A stretch of 64,000 nucleotides of DNA from Alphaproteobacteria bacterium (lineage in GTDB: Bacteria > Pseudomonadota > Alphaproteobacteria > MPNO01 > UBA830), in NCBI GenBank assembly GCA_965243135.1, contig OZ251539.1, positions 2,848,001-2,912,000 on the forward strand, read 5' to 3'. The notes below the pieces were generated by a model. It was given only the letters and a program-made list of their open reading frames with translations. It ran no database searches and was not told where the DNA came from. Positions 30,260-41,061 of the stretch are shown here, piece after piece (the stretch's first letter is position 1; the number at the start of each line of letters is the position of its first letter). Position numbers and translations under genes: made by a program.

Positions 30260-30522
30260 CCGTTTGCAGTGTCGCCGTAAGCTTGGATTTCTTAAACCTG
30301 TCGCGGAGTTAGGGTTTTGGCGCGTGGTTGTTTCGGGAGTGGGCCTGTACAAAGGCTATGTAGCGTTTTGAGCGTTTGTTCAAGTGGCTGCCGTTTGTCG
30401 GATGGGTTATTCCGACGCTGCTTCGATCTTGTCGAGGGGATAAATTGAGCGGGATGCAACACCTCAAACTGCGGCACGCTATGCGACTAAGTGGTTGAAC
30501 GGACCGTCAGGTCGGCCAGAGC

Positions 30523-31413
30523 TTATTGCCGGAACAGCCTTTCGTCCACCTCGCTGGCCAGCTGCAATAGATACTTCCCGTATGTGCTCTTGCGCAGATC
30601 GCGTCCGAGCTTGGCCAGATCGTCGCTTCCGATCCAGCCGTTGAGGAAAGCTATCTCTTCGGGAACCGCGATTTTCTGTCTCTGACGCTTCTCGACGGTC
30701 TGGACGAAGCTGGCGGCCTCCAGAAGACTGTCGCTGGTTCCCGTATCGAACCAGGCGAATCCGCGCCCGAGCAGCTCCACGTGAAGTTCGCCGCGTTCGA
30801 GATAGTGCGCGTTGACGTCGGTGATCTCCAGCTCGCCGCGCGCGCTCGGTTCGATTTCGGACGCGACGCGGACCACTTCGTTGTCGTAGAAATAAAGACC
30901 CGTAACCGCCCACTGCGACTGGGGACGGACAGGCTTTTCCTCTATGGCGGTCGGGCGGCCGGACGCGTCGAGTTCGACCACGCCGTAGCGCTCCGGATCC
31001 GGAACCCCGTAGCCGAAAACCGTCGCCCCCTTGCGCCGGGAAGCCGCGTTTCGCAATTTCTCCGTCAGGCCGTGCCCGTAGAAGATGTTGTCCCCGAGAG
31101 CCAGGGCGCAGGAATCGTCGCCGATGAAGTCCTTGCCGATGAGGAAGGCCTGCGCCAGCCCTTCGGGGCGCGGCTGCACGGCATGGCGGAGCGCGAGGCC
31201 CCACTGGCTGCCGTCGCCGAGCAGCCGCTTGAAGGCCGCGGCGTGCTGCGGCGCGCAGATCACCAGAATGTCCCGAATTCCCGCCAGCATCAGCGTGCTC
31301 AGCGGATAGTAGATCATCGGCTTGTCGTAGACCGGCAGGAGCTGCTTGCTTACCGCGCTCGTCACGGGATGCAGACGCGTCCCTTCCCCTCCGGCCAGGA
31401 TGATGCCTTTCAT
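30523..31413 (-). CDS. rfbA: Glucose-1-phosphate thymidylyltransferase
   Basis: [59 protein letters not shown]; 296 aa. Confidence 0.96.
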   Translation of the reverse strand: MKGIILAGGEGTRLHPVTSAVSKQLLPVYDKPMIYYPLSTLMLAGIRDILVICAPQHAAAFKRLLGDGSQWGLALRHAVQPRPEGLAQAFLIGKDFIGDDSCALALGDNIFYGHGLTEKLRNAASRRKGATVFGYGVPDPERYGVVELDASGRPTAIEEKPVRPQSQWAVTGLYFYDNEVVRVASEIEPSARGELEITDVNAHYLERGELHVELLGRGFAWFDTGTSDSLLEAASFVQTVEKRQRQKIAVPEEIAFLNGWIGSDDLAKLGRDLRKSTYGKYLLQLASEVDERLFRQ

Positions 31414-31975
31414 CGCGGCGCTCCTCCGGGGAACGCGCCGCCCGCCGCCGGTCCGCCGTGCCCCTTGGCGTAGCGCTCGAGCGCTTCCTGCCGCAGGCCG
31501 CCGAACGCGGCCGGGATCCTGGCGTTGTCGAGCGCGCTGTACCGGGGGCGCAGGGCGCGGGCAGGGCGCTCGTCGCTCGCGCAGGGCGTCACCACGGCCT
31601 CGATTTCCGCCATTTCGTTGGCGCGGGACGGTATCGTGCCGCTGTTTCGTCGGCGACGACGCCCTCCTCCTGAAAACCGTAGATGCTGCGCGACGACGGG
31701 TATCGGCGCACGCCCGCTTCCTTGGCCGTGCGGGCGTTTCGAACCCGCGAATCCCGGCTCCCGGGTCGCCTCCTGAAACGGTTCGCCCGACGGGTCGTTG
31801 GGCAGCGAGGCGCCGCGTCGACGCCCCGCTCGCGGGTTGCGGTTGTCTTCGGCCTGCAAGCCGTTCCGCCTCCGGCATGCCGCCCGAAGAAGAACTGTCC
31901 ACGGCCTTGACGGCGTGGTTTGCCCAAGCGGGGAACAAGGGTGTCCGCCCACGCCGGTCACCAAAACCTTCAAGC
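31410..31975 (-). pseudogene. rfbD: dTDP-4-dehydrorhamnose reductase remnant
   Basis: C-terminal [16 protein letters not shown], matching 36650-36830; a [10 protein letters not shown]-terminus-like peptide near 31970; middle unrecognisable. Confidence 0.5.
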
Positions 31976-32360
31976 TCGTCCGCGGAACGGTGAGTTTCCT
32001 GCCCTCGGCGGGAAGGTTGGCCCTTTGGCGCGCGGCATGCCGCCCTTGCGCGGGCTGGCGCCTGCGGCGGTCGCTTTCCTTCCCAAGAGGCATGGACTGT
32101 CTCGACATGAACGGAAACGAACGGCGGAATGCCGGAACTTTGGGACCAAAGCAACCGTCCCGCAGCGCGTCCGAACGCCCGCGCCCGTCCGCCCTCCAAG
32201 AGTATACCCGTTCCCGCTCGAGCGAGGCGGCGTTATGCGAAGCGGGCGCGAGGTTCCCCGCCCGCCCCTCGCCGTCGCTCCGCCTTCCTGACGAAGGCCA
32301 CGTCGCCGACCCCGCTCGTCCATCGGCGGAATCTCGGGCGCAGGCCGCGAACGCCGGTCG

Positions 32361-32702
32361 CAGGCCGGCGCGCCTCTCCGTCGCCGCCAGCTGCCGTTCC
32401 ACGAAGTCCGGGGAGTTGCCTCCGCCGAAGCTAAGCCGCGCGACGGCGCGCCGACCAGTCCCGCTTGCCGTGCACGGCGAGGCCCCGGAACGGCTCCTCG
32501 CTTCCCAGCTCCTGCAGCGTGTCCACCAGCAAGTTCTTGCCGAACCGGCGCGGACGCGACAGGAAATAGTACTGACCCCCTCTCGACGAGGCGGCGCGCA
32601 TGGTCCGTCTTGTCGACGTAGCAGCAGCCCAGCTCCCGGATTTTCCGGAGGGATGTCAAGCCGGTCGGAAGCAAGCGTCTCGTCAGAGGGTAGGCCGCAA
32701 TG
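32361..32702 (-). pseudogene. AAA-ATPase/PD-(D/E)XK gene copy A0, eroded 5' fragment
   Basis: LPTGLTSLRKIRELGC..VDKT..SRPRRFGK with several short deletions. Confidence 0.85.
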
Positions 32703-32891
32703 CCCGTCAAGGAAGGGGCGGAGGCCGCCGGCCCGGAGTTCCCGCGCCGACGCGTCCCGTCGGGCGGTCGGCGCGCAAGGCGGCGACCCGGCGGAAACAA
32801 CGGCGGTCCCAGACGAAGGGCATGGCGACCTGCGGCGCGGTCCGCCGACGCCTTTCGCGGAGGCACCGCCTGCGCGGGACGGCTCCCGGCT

Positions 32892-34457
32892 TCAGACGGT
32901 CTCGAACTCGAACCCGACGATGTTGCGCTCCTCCCGGCCGAACTCGATGCCGATCAGGTGAACCGGCACGCCCGGACGCCGGTACTTGTCCGCGTAGCCG
33001 CGCGCCCGAATCTGCGCCAGCGCCCGGCCTTCCGGCTTCCCGTCCGCGACCTTGAACTCGAACAGGTAGACGTTGCCGCCGTACAGGACCGTCAGGTCCG
33101 AGCGGCCGCGCGCCGTGCTCTCCTCGGCGCGGACGTCCATCCCCGCCGCCACGAAGTGCGAGTAGAACACGCTCGCGTAGTGCGCCTCGTAGCCCGCCAT
33201 CCCCGTGTTCGCGTACCACTCGTTCGGAATGCTCGCCAGAAACGCCCGGAACCGCCGCTCGAGGCCCGCGAAGTCGTTCGTCCGCATCAGGCGGCGCAGC
33301 TCCCGGCTCTCCGCCGCGACCGTGATATCCGGCGCCATCGCCTTCAGCAGGAGCGCGTTCAGGCTGCGCTTCACCTCCCGGTTCGGGTAGTCCAGCCGGA
33401 AGAGACGAACGCCCTCGTCCTGCTCTTCGCCGACGATGGTCAGGTAGCCGGTCTGGAACAAAAGCGTCTCGACGGGTATGCGGTCGATATCGATGGCCGA
33501 CAGCAGATCGTCGTCCGCGACCAGGTCCTCCAGGGCCGGCGGCGCGAACCGGCGCCGGGACAGAAGGTCGGCGAGGAAGGTCGGCGTGCCGCTCAGGAAC
33601 CAGTGGTTGCCGAACTCGTGCGTTTCGAAGAGAAGGAGGATGTCGAACGGGTTGTAGACCTTCTCCGCGCCGCGCCAGTTGTAGCCGTTGTACCAGCGCC
33701 GGACTTCGTTCCGGTCCAGGCCCTCGAGTTCCGGAGCGAAGACCGCGTCCAGTTCCGCGTCCGTGTAGCCGCAGATGGCGCCGAACCGCGGATCGAGGGT
33801 GATGTCGCGCAGGTTGTTCAGGCCCGAGAACAGGCCCGCCTGCGAGAACTTGCTCACGCCGGTAAGGAAGGCGAACCGGATATGCGCGTCGCAGTCCTTG
33901 ACGACGCTGTAGAAGCCGCGCAGGAAGTCGCGGTTGGCCAGCGCCCGTTCCCGGTCGCCGAGCGCGTCCAGGATCGGCTTGTCGTACTCGTCCACCAGCA
34001 CGACCACGCGCCGCCCGGACCGCTCGTGCAGTTCGGAGATCAGATGGTGAAGGCGGTCGGAGGCGTCCGGGTAGCCGCATCGGACGCCGGCGCGCTTTTC
34101 GGCGGCGTCGAGCTGCATCATCGCGTTCCTGTGCAGCCGGTCAGGGTCGCCGAGATTGCCGGAACCGAAACTGATCCGCACGACCGGATGGCGCGCCGAC
34201 CAGTCCCACTTGCCGTGCACGGCGAGGCCCCGGAACAGCTCTTCGCTTCCCTCGAATAACTCCTGCAGCGTGTCCACCAGCAAGCTCTTGCCGAACCGGC
34301 GCGGACGCGACAGGAAATAGTACTGACCCCCTTCGACGAGGCGGCGCACATGGTCCGTCTTGTCGACGTAGTAGCAGCCCAGCTCCCGGATTTTGCGGAG
34401 GGAGGTCAAGCCGGTCGGAAGCATGCGTCTCGTCATCAGAAGAGGGTAGGCCGCCAT
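32892..34457 (-). CDS. AAA-ATPase-like + PD-(D/E)XK nuclease protein, copy A1 (intact, 521 aa)
   Basis: YVDKT, RPRRFGKS Walker A, LVDEYDKP Walker B, TGVSKF, WYNGY, YNP, QTGYLTI, YPNxEV; nuclease E..GRSD..FEFK..QI..Y (Pfam AAA-ATPase_like + PDDEXK_9 architecture, from recall). Confidence 0.93.
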   Translation of the reverse strand: MAAYPLLMTRRMLPTGLTSLRKIRELGCYYVDKTDHVRRLVEGGQYYFLSRPRRFGKSLLVDTLQELFEGSEELFRGLAVHGKWDWSARHPVVRISFGSGNLGDPDRLHRNAMMQLDAAEKRAGVRCGYPDASDRLHHLISELHERSGRRVVVLVDEYDKPILDALGDRERALANRDFLRGFYSVVKDCDAHIRFAFLTGVSKFSQAGLFSGLNNLRDITLDPRFGAICGYTDAELDAVFAPELEGLDRNEVRRWYNGYNWRGAEKVYNPFDILLLFETHEFGNHWFLSGTPTFLADLLSRRRFAPPALEDLVADDDLLSAIDIDRIPVETLLFQTGYLTIVGEEQDEGVRLFRLDYPNREVKRSLNALLLKAMAPDITVAAESRELRRLMRTNDFAGLERRFRAFLASIPNEWYANTGMAGYEAHYASVFYSHFVAAGMDVRAEESTARGRSDLTVLYGGNVYLFEFKVADGKPEGRALAQIRARGYADKYRRPGVPVHLIGIEFGREERNIVGFEFETV

Positions 34458-34737
34458 GCCGGAACCGTCAAGGAGAGCGTCATTAACGCGTCAGTATGTC
34501 CGGTCCATGTACCAAATGTCTGTGTCCACCTTGCCGCCGGCCTCGGGCGTGTGGTGCCGGTGTGACCGCTCCGACACCCGAACTGACGGCAACCCTAACC
34601 CGGCGCGCGTCCCTTTCCCGCGAATATCCGTGAATTTACGGCGGGTTGCGGCGGACGGCACATCCCTTTTTTCGGGGCGTCGGAGAGAGTTGCGTTCGGG
34701 GAACTTTTCCGCGATACGCCGAACTTGCGCAGCGCTC

Positions 34738-35450
34738 GTAGCGTTCGCTACCCGGGTGATGGTCCGCATTGAGAACCGTCTTTCAGTCCCGCCGCAGGGG
34801 CTTCGGCATCCTTGACCGGCAGCGCGTTTTTCACGTCGAGCTTGCCGCGGCCCTGCGGTTTGCCGACCCGGACCCAGTTGGCTGCGCGGTAGTCAAGTGC
34901 CCGCGAATCGGGGGCTTTCGCAGAAGGTCTCAAGCAGTGCGGGACGCAAGGCGTAACGAAGGTTCCAGTCGTCGGGCAAACATCGTTTGCGCGAAGGGAT
35001 GCAAGATGTTTGATTCTGACCCGGGGCAGTAACCTTGCGTCGTTGACGACGAAAGGTGCACTGGCGGCGCACCGATGAACTTGTCCCGTGGCGCAATCTT
35101 CCACGCGGCGGGCGCGGCCAGCGGTTCGCCCTCTGCGGAGCGGACGAAGTGCTGCGCGCCGGGCATGGGCGTAAAGCCGAGGTAGCGGGAAGGCGGCCCG
35201 ACTCTCGCTGGCGTTGCGGACGGGTGTGCAGCGGACGGACCTGACGTTCGGGAGTTGGGAACAAGGGCGGTTCGGGAGACTGCGGAACGGCAAACGCGGG
35301 TGGACCGGCGCTGCGACAGCCGCAGAGGCCGTCGCGTTCCAGCAGAAACGCGGGTGCCTTTCAGGCCGCCGTTGGGCTTGCGCCAGTCGAGACGTTCGCG
35401 CGCGCGACAGGTGGGTTCCGTTGCGCGAGCCGGTATGAGCAGTCACGATA
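34738..35450 (-). mobile_element. IS66 right end with eroded DUF4338 gene (inverted copy of 21160-21988)
   Basis: GTAGCGTTCGCTACCCGGGTGATGGTC at 34738 matches the reverse complement of 21961-21988; YRAANWVRVGK.QGRGKLD, PALLETFCE. Confidence 0.8.
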
Positions 35451-35884
35451 ATCGGCAGTTTCAGGTGCAAAATAATCAAGGATGCCGCGCTGGGAGGCGT
35501 TTCCGTTTCCTCTCGCGCCTGAGAGTGACGGGGCCGGGAAACGCCATTTTCTTTCAACGCAGCCCCGCAGCGCCATGGCGCGGCCCTGAAGGCAACCGGT
35601 GAACTCGTGGCTGCTGTCAAGAGCCTTTGATCGGGTTCTCCAAATGTCTCATGCCCGTGCACACCCGCCTACGAAGGCTGCGGTTGCGTGGTTGAACGCC
35701 GCCGCTACCGCGTGACCGGAATCGCCCTATGTTATCAACGGATTGATCGTCGCGTTCTCAGCCCCGCTCCTGGCGCGGTCTTCGACGAACAAAAATGGCT
35801 CGCTCGCGCTTCGACCACGAGATTCAGCGCCTCTGGGAAGGGCATTCCGTTGCCAGTTGGCTCAACGTATTCGGTTCTTTCAAG

Positions 35885-36652
35885 GTGTCTAGCCGCAAAA
35901 GATACTCCCCGCTCTTGTGCAGACTACGCCCGAGCTCGGCGTCGCTTCCAGCCGTTGAGGAAAGCGATCTCTTCCGCGATTTTCTGCCTCTGACGCTTCT
36001 CGACGGTCTGCACGAAGCTGGCGGCCTCCAGAAGACTGTCGCTGGTTCCCGTACAGGCGAATCCGCGGCCGAGCAACTCCACATGAAGTTCGCCGCGTTA
36101 ATGCGCGTTGACGTCGGTGATCTCCAGCTCGCCGCGCGCGCTCGGCGCGATTTCGGACGCGACGACCTCGTTGTCGTAGAAATAAAGGCCCGTAACCGCC
36201 CACTGCGACTGGGGGCGGGCGGGCTTCTCGGCGACCGCGCGGCCGGACGCGTCGAGCTCGACCACGCCGTAGCGCTCCCGGAACCCCGTAGCCGAAAACC
36301 GTCGCCCCCTTGCGCCGGGAAGCCGCGTTTCGCAATTTCTCGGTCAGGCCGTGCCCGTAGAATATGTTGTCCCCGAGGGCCAGGGCGCAGGAATCGTCGG
36401 AAGTCCCTGCCGATGAGGAAGGCCTGCGCCAGCCCTTCGGGGCGCGGCTGCACGGCATGGCGAAGCGCGAGGCCCCACTGGCTGCCGTCGCCGAGAAGCC
36501 GCTCGAAGGCCGCGGCGTGCTGCGGCGCGCAAGAATGTCCCGAATTCCCGCCAGCGTGCTCAGCGGATAGCATCGGCTTGTCGTAGACCGGCAGGAGCTG
36601 CTTGCTTACCGCGCTCGTCAGCAGGCGCGTTCCTTCCCGCCGATGCCCTTCA
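35885..36652 (-). pseudogene. rfbA: Second, eroded copy of glucose-1-phosphate thymidylyltransferase
   Basis: Colinear with 30523-31413 but with many short deletions. Confidence 0.92.
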
Positions 36653-37330
36653 TCGCGGCGCTTCTCCGGGGAACGCGCCGCCCGCCGCCGGCCTGCGGTG
36701 CCCCTTGGCGTAGCGCTCGAGCGCTTCCTGCCGCAGGCCGCCGAACGCGGCCGGGATCCTGGCGTTGTCGAGTGCGCTGTACCGGGGGCGCAGGGCGCGG
36801 GCAGGGCGCTCGTCGCTCGCGCAGGGCGTCACGACGGCTCCGGCGAGGCGGACGATTTCGCGGGCGACCAGGTCGCCGCGCCGTCGTTGACCGCGTGATA
36901 AGGGACGCAGCCGCTCGCGAGAATCCGCAGAACGACGCGCGCCGCGTCCGCGGTGACGGTCGGCGACATGGTCTGGTCGTCGACCACCCGCAGCGCTCTC
37001 TTCCCCCTCCCGGCTATCGTTTCGACGAAATTCCCCCCCCCCCCCTTGCCGCTCGCTCCCGCCGTCCCGAACAGGGACGCCACGCGAAGGATGACGATGT
37101 TCTCGCAGTCCGGCCAGAGTTTCCCCCATCGCCCTGGAGGCGCCGTAGACGTTGACCGGCGCGAACGGATCCCGGTTCGAGGCCGGTGCGCCGGCCTCGC
37201 AGTCGTCGAGCGAGGTGAACCCCTCGGCGGTCCGTTCGGGGATTTCCGGAGGCATGAGGAAGACTCCGCGCGCCGTGAGGTTTTCCGTAAGGGCCGAGGG
37301 CGAACGGCGCGGCCGTCCTTCCCCGGCGGT
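36650..37330 (-). pseudogene. rfbD: dTDP-4-dehydrorhamnose reductase pseudogene
   Basis: [57 protein letters not shown]; C13 run at 37033-37045. Confidence 0.85.
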
Positions 37331-37631
37331 TCGCGCGCCCCGACGCCGACCGGTAGATTCCTGCGAGCGGCGGCGGCGTCTTGCCCGCGCCGTTCGCGCT
37401 GGCCAGCCCGGCGCGGAAGACTGTTCTCGAGCGAGCGGCTGTCCGCGCCGCAAACGGCCACGGTCGCGGCGTCGAGCCGCAGTTCGGCGCGCGCGACCCG
37501 CCAGGCGCGGTGCATGGCCGGCGTCGCCGCCCGGCTCCAGGAAGCGGCAGTGGCGGCCGCCGCGAGCGCGCGGTCGGTCGGCGCTTTTCGCGGAGGCGCC
37601 GCCTGCGTCCGAACGGCAACGGCTCCCGGCC

Positions 37632-39197
37632 TTAGACGGTCTCGAACTCGAACCCGACGATGTTGCGCTCCTCCCGGCCGAACTCGATCCCGATCAGGTG
37701 GATCGGCACGCCCGGACTCCGGTACTTGTCCGCGTAGCCGCGCTCCCGTATCTGCGCCAGCGCCCGGCCTTCCGGCTTCCCGTCCGCGACCTTGAACTCG
37801 AACAGGTAGACGCCGCCGCCGTGCAGGACCGCAAGGTCCGAGCGTCCGCGCGCCGTGCTCTCCTCGGCGCGGACGTCCATCCCCGCCGCCACGAAGTGCG
37901 AGTAGAACACGCTCGCGTAGTGCGCCTCGTAGCCTGCCATGCCCGTGTTCGCGTACCACTCGTTCGGGATGCTCGCCAGGAACGCCCGGAACAGCGCCTC
38001 GAGGCCCGCGAAGTCGTTCGTGCGCATCAGGCGGCGCAGTTTCCGGCTTCCCGCTGCGACCGTGACGTCCGGCGCCATCGCCTCCAGCAGGAGCGCGTTC
38101 AGGCTGCGCTTCACCTCATGGTTCGGGTAGTCCAGCCGGTAAAGAAGCGCGTCGTCGTCCAGTTCCTCGTCGGCGATGGTCAGGTAGCCGGTCTGGAACA
38201 GAAGCGCCTCGACGGGGATGCGGTCGACGTCGATCGCCGACAGCAACGCGTCGTCCGCGATCATGCCCTCCAGGTCCGGCGCCGCGACCTGGCGCCGCGA
38301 CAGAAGGTCGGCGAGAAAGGTCGGCGTGCCGGTCCGGAACCAGTGCGCCTCGAACCGGCGGCGCCGGAAAAGCAGCAGAATATCGTGCGGGTTGTAGACC
38401 CTCTCCGGTCCGAGCCAGTTGTAGCCGTTGTACCAGCGGCGGATCTTGTCCCGGTCCAGGCCCTCGAGTTCCGGGGCGAAGACCGCGTCCAGTTCCGCGT
38501 CCGTGTAGCCGCAGATGGCCGAGAACTCCGGCTCCAGCGTGACGTCGATCAGGTTGTTCAGGCCCGAGAACAGGCCCGCCTGCGAGAACTTGCTCACCCC
38601 CGTCAGGAAAACGAAACGGAGATGCCTGTCGTTGTCCTTGATCATCGCGTAGAAGCCGCGCAGGAAATCGCGGTTGGCCAGCGCCAGTTCCCGGTCGCCG
38701 AGCGCGTCCAGAATCGGCTTGTCGTATTCGTCGACCAGCACGACCGCCTGCTGCCCGGTGCGCTCGTGCAGGGCCTCGATCAATTCCCCGAAACGGTTCG
38801 ACGCCTCGACAGCGCCCGGTTCGAGGCCGGCGCACCTCTCCGCCGCCGCCAGCTGCCGTTCCACGCTTCTCCGAACGAAGTCCGGGGAGTCGAAATTGCC
38901 GCCGCCAAAGCTGATCCGCACGACAGGATGGCGCGCCGACCAGTCCCACCTGCCGTGTACGGCGAGATCACGAAACAGTTCCTCGCTTCCCTCGAACAGT
39001 TCCTGCAGCGTGTCCACCAGCAGGGTCTTGCCGAACCGGCGCGGACGCGACAGGAAATAGTAATCGCCCTCTTCGACGAGGCGGCGCGCATGGTCCGTCT
39101 TGTCGACGTAGTAGCAGTCCCTCGTCCGGATTTTCCGGAGGGAGGTCAAGCCGGTCGGAAGCATGCGTCTCGTCATCCGGAGAGGATAGGCCGCCAT
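37632..39197 (-). CDS. AAA-ATPase + PD-(D/E)XK nuclease, copy A2 (intact, 521 aa)
   Basis: All motifs as A1; start MAAYPL at 39197 by alignment with A1/A5. Confidence 0.93.
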   Translation of the reverse strand: MAAYPLRMTRRMLPTGLTSLRKIRTRDCYYVDKTDHARRLVEEGDYYFLSRPRRFGKTLLVDTLQELFEGSEELFRDLAVHGRWDWSARHPVVRISFGGGNFDSPDFVRRSVERQLAAAERCAGLEPGAVEASNRFGELIEALHERTGQQAVVLVDEYDKPILDALGDRELALANRDFLRGFYAMIKDNDRHLRFVFLTGVSKFSQAGLFSGLNNLIDVTLEPEFSAICGYTDAELDAVFAPELEGLDRDKIRRWYNGYNWLGPERVYNPHDILLLFRRRRFEAHWFRTGTPTFLADLLSRRQVAAPDLEGMIADDALLSAIDVDRIPVEALLFQTGYLTIADEELDDDALLYRLDYPNHEVKRSLNALLLEAMAPDVTVAAGSRKLRRLMRTNDFAGLEALFRAFLASIPNEWYANTGMAGYEAHYASVFYSHFVAAGMDVRAEESTARGRSDLAVLHGGGVYLFEFKVADGKPEGRALAQIRERGYADKYRSPGVPIHLIGIEFGREERNIVGFEFETV

Positions 39198-39588
39198 GCC
39201 GGAACCGTCAAGGAGAGCGTCATTAACGAGCCGTTTGCGCTGTGCCATTTTTTGTCGGCCTGCCGCCCGGCCGGCACCCCGCGAACCGCTCCGCCCGCCC
39301 GCCGGCAGCCCGCAAGGGCCTCGCGGGTGCTCAGTCTTGAGAACAAAAGTCGAATAACCGGTTGCCGCGCCGCAAACCCGGTGCAAGCCGGGCCGTGGCC
39401 TGAACACAGGCGGCCAATCGGGGGGGACGGCGGCTGGCCGGCCGTGGGGTGGAATCTGCGAAAATCGCAGTCCCGGCGCGGAGAATTCGCAGTTTTCCGT
39501 ACCCGAATCGGGGTAAAAAAAATTCCGCACCCCGGAAAGCTGTCCGCATTTCAAGATCTTACGAACAGCGCACGCGGCTCTTAACTCG

Positions 39589-39930
39589 GTAAGCGTTCGC
39601 TACCCGGGGGACGAAAAAATTCGTCCGGGGACCGGACACGGGATCCTTCGCCCCTCATTTTTGCTTCGAGGCGACCGACAGACAGCGGGTCTTGCTGCTG
39701 CCAACGACCCCCCGGCGGCGGGACGAGGCGCGCCAGGAAGCGGAAACGGCGCACGGAGGCAAGTCGGCAGGCGACGTTCCGGAAAACGCGGCGGGCGCGT
39801 GTCGAGGCGGCGCGCAACGAGCCGCCTGAAGTCGACCTCTTGGCGAACGGGATCGAGCGGGCCGCCCACGGCGGAGTCGAGGGAGCGACTCGACGAACGC
39901 GGCAACGCCCGCGGCGCGCAAGCTTAACAA
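39589..39930 (+). mobile_element. IS66 left end and eroded tnpC 5' fragment
   Basis: GTAAGCGTTCGCTACCCGGGGGACGAAAAAA matches 5758; continues into sequence matching 20485-20740. Confidence 0.75.
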
Positions 39931-40549
39931 GTTCGAGAGCGAACGCGCCCGACGCGCGCAGGAGAGCGGCTCGGAACGAGAGGCCCTGCGGCGGGCGATA
40001 GCCCGGGTCGCCGTCGCGCGCGCCGCGCTTGCCGGGTTTCCGGGCTGCTGTCCGCGGCAAGCCTTGCGCCGGAGAAAAGGTCGCTCGTCGAGTTTTGCGC
40101 CTGCAAGCGGCGGCGTCGCCGGCTCCCGTTCGACATGATTGCCGAAGCGGGAGGCGCGCCGGCGCCGCGGTTGGTCGCGAACGACGGCGCCGGGCCTTGC
40201 GCCCCGCGCGACCGCGACAGTCGCTCGACTTCGAGGTCTCGCCGGCGGGGAACGGCGTCAGTCGCCCCTTGTTCCCGCCCCGTCGTCCGTCGGCGTCGTT
40301 CGTTCGGCGACAGTTTCCGGCGCGGCGGTCCGGCGGCCGGCTATCAGCGCCTTGAGCGCCGTCATGCTCTCCTCGTGGCGGCGTTCTTCGGCTTCGCGCT
40401 GTTGCTGCATGGCTGCGCTCTGCTGCTGCGTGACCGCGCGCTGTTGTTGCCCGCGTTCGTCGCTGGCGCGGATCATCGCGGCCATACGCCGACGGCCGCG
40501 AAACGGCGCGCCGCCGAAAACGGACGGCCGCAACTCCGGAAGAGCCGCG

Positions 40550-40880
40550 TCACCGCGCAGCATGGCGACCAGCGGGCGGTCGGCGGGGGGTAGGCGTCGA
40601 GGCGCGTCGGCTTCACCCACGCGACCTGCTGTCCTTCCGTTCACGCGGCCTCCCCATTTCCGGCAGACGTAAAGCGGCCAGATCGTCGTAGCGGTGAGAC
40701 GCGAAGGTGAACGGCGAAAGGCAGCTCTCGTCGACGTCGAGTTCCTCCCGAAGCTCCCGGGCCCGGCGTCCCTCCGCCGCCGGCCGCCGGGGAATTCCCC
40801 CGCTCCGCCCTGCGGCCGCCGCGCGACGCGCCCGTCGACGAGGGCCGCCGCGACGGCGAGAACGACCGGTTCTCCCGCCC
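40550..40880 (-). pseudogene. mutT: MutT/NUDIX 8-oxo-dGTP diphosphatase pseudogene
   Basis: Across frames: VVLAVAAALVDGR..EFPGG..ARELREELDVD.SCLSPFTFASHRYDD..PLYVCRKW..PPADRPLVAML. Confidence 0.8.
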
Positions 40881-41061
40881 TGCGGCGCGGGACCCGGAGA
40901 CGCGCCCGGCCCGCGAGCGCCTGCAGGAAGACGCCGCCGGACGCGGCCTCCTCGGCCGGGCGGCTCGTCAAGCCGCGCGACGAACCGGCGGAACCGGCTG
41001 TCGTCGCGGGCCGAACCGCGGGCGGCGTTCTTTCGCGGAGGCGGCCGTGACGGGAAGCCGT

